A stretch of DNA of 63,895 nt, counting the filler, from Folioceros fuciformis (Eukaryota), in assembly GCA_049999805.1 (NCBI GenBank). It is 7 parts of 7 records of this genome, joined end to end, with 100 filler letters (N's around TTAATTAATTAA, not from the genome) between each part and the next. Parts side by side here need not be neighbours in the genome. Positions count along the whole stretch, not along the records: positions 18,009 to 35,291 come from JBNGIO010001065.1; positions 35,392 to 40,869 come from JBNGIO010001068.1; 5 more parts are not named here. One strand, 5' to 3'. Every line of letters begins with the position of its first letter. Within the stretch, counting starts at the first letter, position 1. The notes beneath the pieces are model-generated. The model saw nothing but the letters and a program-made list of their open reading frames with translations. It ran no database searches and was not told the DNA's origin. Below are positions 24,201 to 36,298 of the stretch, one piece after another. The position numbers and the translations under genes were made by a program.

Positions 24201-25250
24201 AGCTTCGGTTCCCGAAACGGTGGGATGGCTTGAGCTCGAGGGCTGCAAGGAGGTGGGGGCTTTGGTTGTGATTGATAACTTGGACTGATAGGGTGAGTAC
24301 TGCTGGACTCGTTCGTATGCAGGTGGGCACATATCATGCTTCATCCCTCTTGGTAGCCTCAAGAGCACCACCGCCTCGTGTGGTAAGCAGAGCGATTGGG
24401 TTGGAGGGCTTAACAAGTGCTCTTGCAGGGCTATGGGGTACTGGTGCTGGTGCAACCACTTTAACAGAAAATGTGCACACAATAGCTGTCACAAAGATGG
24501 GAAGTCGTCGAGCAGTGGAATTTGGTGCCTTGGTTCTCATAGCTCTGTCAATTATTGGTACGTGGAAGTTTTGTACATATCACGTTGCACTCTGGAGTCT
24601 TGGGTAATGAGGAGTTGCTTGTGATTGTCTGTATTCCAGTTCCTCAGCCTGCCTGTACTTGCAGGCAAAGTGGGAGCTTTGATTGCATCTATTCCAGAGG
24701 TTATTGTTGCTGCCCTCCTCTGCGTAATGTGGGCAATGTTGACAGCAATGGGCTTGTCAAATCTACGCTACAGTGAAACCGGGAGCTCTCGCAATGTGCT
24801 TATAGTGGGCCTCTCCCTATTCTTGTCTCTGTCCGTTCCTGCCTACTTTCAGCAGTATAACGAGGTTGCTATGGCACCTGCCCCGGCATACTTCCAGCAG
24901 TTTGTTGTGGCCTCCCATGGTCCTATTCAAACGGGAAATCATGTGGTAATCCTTTCTAACTTACCTCAGAAGTCGAGCCGATACTTGTGCCTCGATTTGC
25001 AAGTGCTAAATGAATTTGGTTGCTGCAGGTCAACTTCGTACTGAACAGTGTACTCTCGTTTCACATGGTGGTGGCTTTCATGGTAGCTTTTATTTTGGAC
25101 AACACGGTGCCTGGCAGTAGGCAAGAAAGAGGACTATATGTTTGGTCGGAAGCCAAAGCAGCAAGGCGTGATCTTGCCACGGTGCTAGAATATGGGCTAC
25201 CGTTTGGGTTGGGAAGATTCTTTTCTTGGGTACACTGGGTTGGCTTTTAA
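21243..25250 (+). CDS. NAT12: Nucleobase-ascorbate transporter, NAT11/NAT12 clade; multi-exon
   Basis: Long N-terminus with WARRSGFKSN, HMKYELTDTPG, MRELQGA, FPYPFQWG, NAT signature ENVHTIAVTKMGSRRAV, and LDNTVPGSRQERG. Confidence 0.9.
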
Positions 25251-25731
25251 TACCAGCATTCGTGAGATATCATTGACTGTGTGGACGAACTTTGATTCAA
25301 GTCAAACCGCCAGGTCTTCCGGATACTGCCCTTTCCAGTTCGTTCCTCACCACCGGATGTTTCACTTGTCACGCCCATCAGAATGTCGCGATTTCTACAG
25401 AAGTTGAGGATGGATCCCCGACGCAGGTAAAAGTCTCATGCCACAGTGGGAGGATTCCTCAGCAAGATTTGCAGTAGACGAGCGTGACTAACATTGCGGG
25501 AGCGTTGTGACATTGGGTAGAATTATATTGTGAGGAGGGAAGTGTTCTTTAAATTTGGCTCAATCAAGCTCACTACAGGTGGGTAATTACGAAGTTTACG
25601 AAGTTTAGTATCCTACATCTTTTTTTTCCCATAACCTTAACATGTGCTCGTGTCCGGGAATAATTTAATTTCTGACCTGCATCTAGTCCTGCACGCGTCT
25701 CCAGAAATTGATGACGCCAGGAGATGTCCAA

Positions 25732-28700
25732 TCACAAACTAGACCTAAACTCCGAATGCTCGCCTTTGAGGGTGCCTGTTTCAGAGTGTGGAAAATTTTT
25801 CTCACTGCCTGCACCTTCATTACTGCTCAATCTGATCGTGTCCTCGCCACTTAAGAAAGCCAACGATTGAAACCATGGATTCACAAGATGCTTCCTGGTG
25901 TAATCATCCATGCCACCAACTACATGGAAAGCCTGTTCAAGGGCAACATATCTGCTGACGAAGGGCGATCCGAGAACAAGTTTTGCAATGACTTTTAGGA
26001 GCTCTGGGAGTACCTGCAATGACCACAGTTAAGCCCCCACGGGTCAGACATGGGAGGTACAACTCGTAAACACAACTTCCAGCTAACGAGACATAAACTG
26101 ACATCAACTACAGCACCACGTTGAGTAAGAGAGGAGTGAAAAAAGAATTTGCCTGTACCTGCAGGTCGACAAACGGTATCAGGTGCACGAGAAGCTGCTG
26201 TAATCGTTCAGCTGCTTGTTTCAGATTTGCAACTTCAGAATCTTCGTCCTTAGCAGAAGACGTAGAAGACTTCTCAACAACACTCTTGACCTTAGGCTTA
26301 GAGGCTATCTCAAGCAGTTCAGTACACTTGGACACCAACGTATCTATGCAGTGCAAAATAGCTGGATTCCCAGGAGGCAGGTACTGGACAACAGCCCCAA
26401 TAACGGTGACCAAGGCGTCGAAAGGAGCGAGCGCAGGATACACCTGGAAGTCACAATAGGCAACGCTATATGAGAAGCCCGCACAGGCAGCACCGACGGT
26501 TAGCCTCTACATATGCAGGTCAATAAACTTGCCTCCAAGGCCGTTTTGACGTAGCAGGCCACAAGTCGTTCGTCTACACAGATCGACGGGAGCTTTTCAT
26601 CACCAAGCCCAGCATTGTGACCATCTCCGGCATCAAGGCTATTGGCTCCGCGTAAGTATGCCATGAAGAGAGCGTGACAAGCTCTTACGACCACCTCTGA
26701 AGGGTAATGCAAGTATCTTGCCGGAAAATGTAAATCCTCAATTTCGATTAGGCATGGGTGCAGGGAAGAGGTTCAAAAGGTGAATGACAGAAGAGGGTGA
26801 AAGGATACAGAACCATAACAGATGCGACGTCGTCTTCAAAAAGCTGTCTTGGTAGGCTAGCAAGACAGAAGGGCAATATCCGAAGGTAGAAAACAATGCG
26901 TGCTGCTTGAACTTCATCCAGGTCCCAATGATAAAATGCATGCACCATACCGAGTGCACCTGCATAAGCAATCCACCATCTCGTCCAATCAGTAATCGGC
27001 TCGGCCTGAGCGCACCATAATTTATGGAAAGCAGCTACTCACCTGGACAGAGCGTCTCGCCGTAGGTAGGGATGAAACCCACAAGAGCAACACAAGCTTG
27101 GTCGGATTTGGACACAATTTGAATGGTACGCTTGACCAAGTCGATGTAGTTAGGCATGTGCGACTTGCGTGCAAATTCCAGACAAGATAGCGCATCCAGC
27201 GCGTGTACTGCAAGCCAAGGCTGGGTGTCCCCCGTCAGTTCCGCAGAGCCTTCAACAGCGAGGGAGAAAAACACTACGAGAAATACGAATGCAGTCTCAG
27301 TGATCCTGTCCACCGCTTTAGAGGTGGAGTGTGATTCTGTTGCAAGGATTGGAAGAAGCATGTGCCGAAAAGCATGGAAGCCGCGCTGGGTGGCGTAGAG
27401 AGAACGCGAAAAGTGCCACAAGGCAGTTTCCGTAATGCGCTGCACATAGGCACAGCAGGAGATATACTGGCCGCAAAAAGCACGTGCCACAGTTCCCACC
27501 ACTCCAAACAAAGGACTGTGAGTAGCGTCGTCAAGGCGCTGTAGCTCTAACGTGGAGGCCGTCGAGACGCGGGCTGAGATATCCGACTCCACCGCCGAGA
27601 AGAGGTCTGCAAGGTTAAGCAAGTCCCTCAGGAGGCTGGACAGCAGGCAGCCTAAAATACTCTGGTTGGGAGGGGATGGGCCAGAAAGGGCAACAGCCAA
27701 CGCCAAACACTGCAGGCAATGCCGGACATGAGGGGGAAGGCCAGCGAGGGGTTGCAGAACAGCCCATGGCTCCGCCACATCCTGCACGTCCCGTCTTCCA
27801 TTGCTATTACCAGTCCCTGTGCCATCCCCACTCCCCTGACCTTCCCCATTCTCGCGAGGGAAATCAGTCACGGCCACCTCCGGCAGCAGTTGCTGCGCCA
27901 CCTGGGCGATAAGCGAGTGGCATTCCTGTCTGATAGGGCGCCACCGTTGCTCCTTGCAGGTGGCGAGAAAACCCGCAGCCGCCACAAGCGCCGCACACGA
28001 GGCACTGGAGAAGGAATCCTGCGCCACGCGTGCCTTCAATTCCTGCACGACCGACGCCGCGTCCGCCATGGTCCCGGGGGAAGGCAGGGAATCCAGCGCC
28101 GCGGAGTAGTGACGAAAGAGGCGAAAGAGGCGCAAGCAATCCTGGAGCGGAGGCGCAGCAGCAGCACCGTCGCGGGACCACAATGACAACAGGTTGCTGC
28201 AAAGGAGCGCCAGCTGGCCACCGTGCGACGCGGTCATGGCGTATCCCACACCCGCCAGCAAGCACTCCGCTCGGGGCGACGCCGGTACCGCTGGCAGCGA
28301 GGACACATGGAGAAGGATGGCCTGCCGCGCACGGTCTCCCAGAGCCGGAGGACAATCTGGGGCGGCACACACGAGTCCCAGCAGGAGCGCAGCCTCGGGG
28401 AGTAGGGCCGATGGTGCACCATCCTGGAGCGAGCTCAAGGTGGCGTTCACGATGGCGTCAAGCGAGGGAGCTGCGCTGAGAGAAGTGGAGCTGGAGCTGA
28501 CGCGCGAGCGGAGCCATGACGCCAGGAGCAGGAAAGCCGACGTGCGCAGCAGCAGAAGCGCCGGCAGCGCCGTGGCATCATCCTCTTCTGGGCCCGCTAG
28601 TTGCAGCTCGTTGGAGATGATGAAGAGAAGGAGAACGGCGTCTGTATCTGACACAAGGAAGGAGTGACGGGAAGAGGCGAGGCCAGCCAAGGCTTGGACG

Positions 28701-28933
28701 TGGTAGACCTGAACCGTGCGCGAGTGCAGGAGCTCGCGCACCTGCGCCCATAGCCCCGACAAACGCTGGCTCGCACTGGCCACACCGGCAAGGGAAAGGG
28801 AAGGGGAAGGAGTCGGCTGCAGCAGCTGTGGATGAGAAGGCAGGGCTCCTTGCTGCAGCACCAGCTCCAAGAAAGCCTGCTGTTGATGCTGAGACCGCCG
28901 CCTCAGCCGGGCCTGACGTGCAACAGCAGCCAT
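25732..28933 (-). CDS. Conserved plant helical/ARM-like protein (At1g73970-like); multi-exon
   Basis: 632-aa first exon, then spliced segments (RIVFYLRILP, YPALAPFDAL, DDYTRKHLVNPWFQSL) resembling the At1g73970 family as recalled. Confidence 0.7.
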
Positions 28934-28948
28934 GAGCCAATGAGGCAG

Positions 28949-28957
28949 TTAGGGTTT
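28949..28957 (-). promoter_or_regulatory. Telo-box in a 229-bp bidirectional intergenic region
   Basis: TTAGGGTTT (AAACCCTAA on minus) between divergent ATGs at 28933 and 29163. Confidence 0.45.
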
Positions 28958-29162
28958 GATCGACCTCACCAATTTATCCCACGTGCAGTGTGTACAGTAG
29001 ATACCTACTCCATTGTACGGACGTAGAGGGCGTGTATGTACAGACATCCATAATCACATTTTGGTCTGTAGGCTGTCAGTTGTGAGGTTGATCAGAGTGT
29101 GTATGTAGTAGATCTGGACTCGTGGAATACTCTTCAAGCTTTGAGGCCCGCGCTGGGGAGTC

Positions 29163-32100
29163 ATGGCGAGCGGCCTGGCAGCGGCCGCTGCTGATGGCGG
29201 CAGTGGATACAGTGGCAGACGCTCCACGCTTCCGAGGACGGAGGCGGGGGCCGCCTCCGTACCTGCTGCACCGTCGGACTCCCGATTCTCCCCTAGCTCC
29301 TCCTTCCAGTACAACGTTCGAGTCGGGCTTGCTCTCCTGCCCTGTTCCTGTTTCCTGCTGGGCCTCGGAGGAAAGCCCGTTCTCTCCACGCTCACGCTAG
29401 GTCTCATGATTTCCTATATACTTGACTCGCTCCATCTCAAGCACGGAGCGTTCTTCGGCATATGGGGCTCCTGCTTTGCCACCGTTGGGGCTCTGTTGCT
29501 CTCAGGTACCAGCATATCAACAGCGTCCACCCCTTTGTACCTTCTTGCTCTCTTTGTGTCGTTCCAGCTCGTGTTTCTCGTCGGAGTGTGGGCCTCGCTT
29601 CAGTTCAAGTGGCTGCAACTGGAGAATCCCTCTGTGGTGTTGCTCCTGGAGCGCCTTCTCTTCGCCTGCATCCCCTTCACAGCTTCAGCAGTCTACACGT
29701 GGGCCATGGTGCTGTCTGTGGGCATCGCAAATGCAGCATTTTACCTCATGCTTATCTTATGTGCCATGTACTGGATGTTTTCATTGCCTCAGCCGTCATC
29801 TTTCCGCACCAAGTTGGAGAGGAACTATGGTGGCCACATTGCGCAGGAAGCTTTGATTTCTGGTCCGTTGGAGGCAGCCTTCCACGCCCTTTTCCTTGTC
29901 TTTCTGCCTCTGCTGTTTCATGTCGGAGTACACCACCGCCGCCTCTTCGTCACACCTAATGCCATCTGTGACCTCCTTCTCCTCTTCTTCGTGCCCTTAC
30001 TCTTCCAACTCTATGCCTCCAGTCGGGGGGGCTTGTGGTGGCTTGTCAAGGACAGCGCTGACCTACGTCGCCTGCAATTAGTCAACGCTGCCATTTCCCT
30101 CTTAGTTGTCCTCCTGTGTCTGGAGGTTCGGGTCGTCTTCTACTCCTTTGGGCAGTACATCCACCTACCGCCACCATGGAACTATCTCCTGGTTACAACC
30201 GCTATTGTTGGGGCCGCAGCTGCTATTGGACTCTTTGTAACTCGTATGCTCAGCGACGAAATCGCTCCTTTTATTCTAGCCTCTCTTTCCGTTACAGCAG
30301 CTGTGTCCGGCTCACTCGTCCTGGGTATGCCTTTCATGGTATGTTCCGAGCCTACTCGACTCTTTTATGCATTTCGATTGTTTCTCAGGTCACGTACGTC
30401 ATTGCCCTCTGTTGCTATGAGGGGTTCTCACCTTTTTTTCTTTTTTGCATCTATGTAGTTTTTGCCCATACCAGCGATTGCGGCTATATTTTTCTCGCAA
30501 TTCTGTGTGAGGAAAACTATGCTTCCGTATTTTCTCTTTATTGCCTCCGCAAGCTTTTCTGTTGTATGGTTCATGGTACACAACTTCTGGTCTCTCAATA
30601 TATGGCTGGGAGGACTCAAGCTAAAGGCTATCTGTAAAATGATCATTGCAAGTGCCGTGCTGGCTATGGTAGTTCCAGGACTCGTTCGCCTGCCACGCAA
30701 AGTTCGTCGTCTGCTAGAACTTGGCCTGGTCGCACATGCCGTGCTGGTGTGTCATCTTGAAAACAGGCTGTACAATTATGGAAGCATCTACCATTTTGGG
30801 TTTGAGGAAGATGCGGTATATCCAAGTTATCTGGTTGTCCTGTCCACTATGATTGGGCTGCTGCTAACGTGGCAAATGGCAAAGGAGGGTTTGCTTGGAT
30901 CAATGGCTAGTTGGGTGCTCACTTCCCTTTATCTTGCCAAATTGTCGCTGCTTGTCTTATCAACAAAGGACGTTTTGTGGCCATCAGCTGTGCTGATCCT
31001 GGCTGTCTCCCCTCCTGTACTGCTTTACAGGTAGCTCCTCTATAGCCCGCCTCCGTTTGGTGACCTGTGCTTGCCTAGGTGGCGGAGGCTTTTCTGGTGC
31101 AGTTTCGTTGGGCTGGTTGTGCCGCCAGTGCTGAATTAAAGCTGTTTTGCCGTTCTCCTTCATTTTTGCATTTGTGTCATGTAGGATTCATTCTCTTGAA
31201 CGATAGGTCTGTCGTATCATATTTGCAGAGCTCAATCTAACTGTGGTGTAGTGAGCCCTCTTGTTTTTGAATTGCTGTCAGGGGAAGAGGGAAAGGTGGT
31301 TCAAAGATGAAGTATTGGCAGGGGCTTGGACACGCAGGGGTAGTCTTTGTGACTGTTTGGATGTGTCGACACATGATTTATGAATGCATCCACTGGTGGA
31401 CAGGACGGCAACCCACGGATGCACTGGTCTGGGGATTTTTGACTCTTATATCAGGGCTTGGAACCACACCCATTGTGATCTATCATTTTCCGCACGTGCA
31501 GGTACACCCTTTGTATATTTTTTCCGTTCCTCAATGTCGGTTACAACCATGCGTTGGTCACAAGAGAAAATCACATGGTTCTTGTTGTGAATGTAGGTTG
31601 CTAAGAAATGGTTGCTCCTAATTTTATCTCTGGGAGTACTCCTTATTTTTCTGCAGCCACCAGTCCCTGGATCGTTGTCCTTTTGGTGGAACAGAATCCT
31701 TTATGACCATGGAGATGATCGCAGTATCTATGAGACAGAGTTAAGCAGCTCATCATGGCCAGCCTGGCTACTGGTGTGGATAGTGCTGTTGTCCTTGGCA
31801 GCATTAACCTCTGTGTTACCCGTCCAGCACATTGTGGAACTCCGTGTGATGTATGCCCTTGTAGTGGGGCTTAGTGCTGGCAGCTATTTGTGTGTTGAAT
31901 ATTTCTCGAAAGCTGTGATCATCCATGCACCACTTATTGCCGCTGTATTGTGTGCAACACTGTTCCTGGTGTTTTCTCATTTTCCTTCAGCTTCAAGCCC
32001 AAGATATCTACCATGGGTGTTTCTATCGTTTGTCGTTCTCCTCCCGGTTATGTATGTCGTCGAGGGTCAGCTCCAAACTGGTGTTGCTAGTAATGATGAT

Positions 32101-32925
32101 GACGATGGTGAGAATGACAATGTGCTTAGTGCCATGACCATCAAGGGTGCTCAAACTGGGATACTTGGGCTGTATGCTGCACTTCTCATGCTAATTTCTC
32201 TGGAGATCAAGTTGCGGCTGGCATTACTTGTCAGGGAAACTGGTCTTCATAAAGCTGCCGCACAGGGGTCGGTCTTTAGTGGCTCCGGGTTTGGGCCTAA
32301 GCGTCTCCTTCAGCGACGTCATCAGGGAACTCTGGGGGGTTCCGTCACTGTTAGACAACTGCCTGCAGAGGGTGCTTGGATGCCGGCAATTGGAAATATG
32401 GCCACTATACTGTGTTTCGTTATATGTCTGGTTTTAAACTTTCATCTCACTAGAGGCTCAGATAAGGCAATCTTTCTTCTTGCTCCAATTTTGTTACTTT
32501 TGAACCAGGATGTGAATGTGTTTTCTGGGTTTGGAGATAAACAGAGGTATTTCCCCGTGGCTCTGGCTGTTTCAGTCTATTTGGGGGGCTCCGCAGCACA
32601 TAGTTTGTGGCAAGAAGCATGGCACGGCAGTCAAAATGCTGTCTGGGGACTAGAAACGGGAAGTCCAGGGCTTTTCTACGTACTGAAGAACGGAATTCTC
32701 CTTCTACTTGTCATCCCGAACCATGTCATGTTCAATCGGTTCATGTGGGACTATGGGAGGCAATCTGATTTCCTGTTATTGACGACTACTCCCCTGAACT
32801 TACCAGCTGCTATTATAACCGATATCACTACTGTTCGATTGTTGGCTGTTATGGGACTGGGGTACTCCCTGTTGCAGTATTTTGTTGCATGGCGTATTAG
32901 GATTGCTGGCATGAAGTTGATCTAA
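29163..32925 (+). CDS. NEF1: NO EXINE FORMATION 1 multi-pass membrane protein, 4 exons
   Basis: FSPSSSFQYNVRVGLALLPC...LGGKPVLSTLTLGL, QLENPSVVLLLERLLFAC, WMPAIGN, FGDKQRYFP. Exons 29163-30338, 30459-31030, 31282-31501, 31597-32925 join in frame. Confidence 0.92.
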
Positions 32926-34231
32926 TGGGTTCTCTGCAAATTTTGAAGAGAGTTGCAGAGAATCTTCAGGTCGGTTTCTCAGGGCATTTTCGCGTCTGCG
33001 GAACTGCTTCAATAGTCATGTTGCAGGGAATTGCAGGCTAGCTGAATTCAACACCTGAATGTTGACGGATTCAAGTGTATCTGCACCATGCTGCGGAAAG
33101 GGTCGAGACTCCATTTGTCGGAGAAGTAGCGACCTGCTATCGTCCCCATCGTATTGTGCTCGGTGTTCTGCTTTAAACAGAAGCTTTGTTTGTGATGCAA
33201 GGGTCGTCTCATGTTTAAAATCCCCACAGGAGAAGGGAGGAGGTACGTTCTGGTCGAGGCAGGCGTCCGCCTCCTTAAGGTGTCAGCGCTCACGGAACAA
33301 CGTTGGGATTTGTGACACGAGCCCTTCAAATGTAATTCTTTTCAGAAAATCCTTCACATTAGCCAGAACGTCAATGCATTATCCCTTATGAATCCGATTT
33401 CTGACAGGCTTCAGGAAGGGGTCACCTTCCTGCATGTTGGTCGCCTCGTCTTACATATGGAGGCATAACAACGGTGGGAGGTCTTAATTTGGTTGACACC
33501 GTGTGACAGGCAAATTAAGTCCTGGGTTAGATTTAACTCCATTTATGATCAAGAGGACCGTTTGTCGATAACTATCAAATGATTTGAAAAGAAGCCTTTT
33601 GAATTCATTTACAAGAAAAATCGTTATGAATGAGGTGGATTTTCCGGAAGTAGATTAGGTCAAGGTCGCTGCAGGCTTACTATTAGCTCTCTTTTTTTGG
33701 GGGGTTCACTCAGCATTGGAAGACATCATTTTAAAGATAAACAAGATAAGGTGGTAGTTTGTTAAGGTAATGAGATCAAGCCTGTACCTCCACAAACCAT
33801 GAGATGCTCCAGATGGTAGGTAGTTTCACATTGCTCTATCTCTAGGCCTATCTCTAGGTCTTAGTGGGGTGTTCTATCTCTTTTGAGATAGATAGGTTTT
33901 TACATATTTAGAGTACACAAGGTTTTTCTTCAATAAAATCTTCATCAAGCATATTTTTTGTAAGCTTACTATCTTTATGATTTGCTACATGGCAGATACA
34001 AAGGGTTTGTGAGCCTTAAACTTAGATGCAACCTAGTTAGAATTGCTTATGTGGAAGCAAAAGCATCAAAGATGATCTATTAACAATTGAATGGAAGCAA
34101 AAGCATCAACGATGATCAATTAATAACTAAATGAATGGGTACATCAATGTGACCATGTTCAGGACTGGGCCATAGGCTAAGAATGTAAGCCAAAATCAAC
34201 CATCATCTTCTAATCCTTTTCCCATGTTGCC

Positions 34232-35288
34232 TTGCAGACATTTGACGCAGGACTTACGTTCATCAAGAAAGAGATCGTTATCGGATTGATTATGATGAAG
34301 ATGGCAGACGAGGTTGAGAAAGCAAGACAAAACGCAGGACATAACCTCGATGTTCGGCGCAATCAGCTTGCGACAAGTTCTCATGAACTGTTTTCTACAA
34401 GTGGAGAAGATGAAGTCGATCTTGGAGCATCTATGGACATTGATATAGAAAGAGACTTTAGGGGTGAAGCAGAGGAAGTATACGATGATGCTGATAGTGG
34501 GAAGCGTTTTGATGAGGAAGATCCCAAACACCAACAAAGCGAAGAGGACGAAGACGACAACGTGTTTCAAGAGATGCCTAGCGAAGGCGCATCAAAGAGG
34601 TCTTCGAACATTTTGAAGAAAGCCAACGCACAGACATTATTGCATAGCCTCGATGTGTTAGGGAGAAAAACATAGGCAATCTTGGGTGAGGTTGGGTGAA
34701 GAAGAGAAGTTGGAGTCAGCATTTGAAGGCGATAATGAGCTTCAGCTAATTGTCCCAGACTCCCCGGTCATCCATACAGGGACAACGACTATGAAGACCA
34801 GAAGGAAGAAAAAACAAGGCAGTATGGAAGAGGCTCCAACAGGAAGAGTTAAAACTAAGGTTGTACTGACTGATAGCGATAAAGTTGGCAGGGCCTTGTA
34901 GCACAATGATCCTATCAATCTTGTGAGGGAGTTTGTGCATCACAAACGATGTATTCCGCATACGGACATGGCCGCCATAAACATGCTGCGCTCAACAAAT
35001 TATCTTACCAAAGATGCGTAGATAAGGCGAGTCGATGAGTCATGGGGAAAGCATCTGCTACAGGAGATAAAGAAGGGGCCGGTACAAGAGGGCATTCTAC
35101 CCTTGTTGTGCATGATCGACCCTAAGGAGTGCCTGATTGTGGCTAATTTTGACCGTGAGAAACTGAAGAAACAAAAGTATACCATGGGAGTACTAAGCGG
35201 GAACCATAGTTTTTATGCTTCTTGCAGCTATATGCAGAGGACCCGAAGAACTCTCACTACCAATATATGGAAGCACACATATACGTAG
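34232..35288 (+). pseudogene. Decayed, probably TE-borne ORF with an acidic region and a ParB/sulfiredoxin-like motif
   Basis: Reading through in-frame TAG stops (34899, 35019) gives IRRVDESWGKHLLQEIK...LPLLCMID...GVLSGNHSFYA. Frameshift near 34680. Confidence 0.4.
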
Positions 35289-35291
35289 GTC

Positions 35292-35391
35292 NNNNNNNNN
35301 NNNNNNNNNNNNNNNNNNNNNNNNNNNNNNNNNNNTTAATTAATTAANNNNNNNNNNNNNNNNNNNNNNNNNNNNNNNNNNNNNNNNNNNN
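35292..35391. other. Artificial contig spacer
   Basis: 44N-TTAATTAATTAA-44N. Confidence 0.98.
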
Positions 35392-35652
35392 AGTGAGTGA
35401 AGGAAGTCGCAGATCTGAGAGGTTAGAGTCGTTGTAGTGACTGGAGTGAGTTTGTGGGCACCGAGAGAGGTGCAGCTGACCGCCGGACAGCGAGGCCTGT
35501 CCTACGCCTGATCGGAGCTGGAGGGGAGCCCTCGAATCCATCATCGAGTTGATCAAGTCCGACCCTCCATCCATAGCAGCAAGGAACCCCATCGCTCCTT
35601 CGTGGGAACGAAACCCAATGTCTCAACGACCGTGGGATAAGTGTGGCCACTA
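35392..35652. repeat. Dispersed repeat (LTR fragment) shared with 19561-19621, 60840-60922 and 61761-61905
   Basis: Reverse complement aligns with gttcccacgaaggagcgatggggttcc at 60840 and with cacctctctcagtgcccacaaa at ~61820. Confidence 0.8.
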
Positions 35653-35699
35653 AAGGTGGAATCCGTCGGCAATCAGTGCCCGGGGTTTTGCCTCCACAA

Positions 35700-36298
35700 G
35701 AACATTGGGCCAGTCTGAAACGTGTCTTTAGGTACTTGAAAGGGACACCAACTTTGGAGATCTCCTACAGACAACAAATTGGACAAACCCTGGACATAGA
35801 AGTCTACACGGATTTTGACTACGCAGGTGATATAGACACAAGAAAATATGTTTCTGGGTATGTGCTATGTTTTGCTGGTGGACCAGTATGTTGGTCTAGC
35901 AAGAAACAACCAACTGTGGCTCTCTCTAGTACTAAAGCAGAGTATAGGGTGTTAACTACAGCTGCAAAGAAAGTGGTGTGGTGCATATTACTTTTTCAGA
36001 ACTAGGGATTCCACTTCCCACATGCACGACTATCTACTCTAACAATCAGGGCTCGACAGCATAAGCCAAGAATCCTGTGTTCCATTCTCGAATGAAGCAC
36101 GTAGAAGTCGAGTATCATTATATTAGAGAACTGGTGGGAGCAGGAACCATAACACTCGAGTATGTATCAACACAAAGCAACCCAGCAGACATTCTCACAA
36201 AGGCACTTAGCAGAGATGCTCACCAAAGACATGTCCAATGCTTAGGGATGGGAGAGTCAGCAGCTCTCTTATCCAGCAGCATCAGCAGTTTGATATAA
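35700..36298 (+). mobile_element. Ty1/copia RT C-terminus and RNase H remnant
   Basis: HWASLKRVFRYLKGT, YTDFDYAGD..TRK, WSSKKQPTVALSSTKAEY, FHSRMKHVEVEYHYIRE, NPADILTK; interrupted by stops. Confidence 0.9.

Noticed and set aside
27274..28940. Many overlapping ORFs on both strands
   Set aside because: Shadow ORFs of the GC-rich 632-aa exon.
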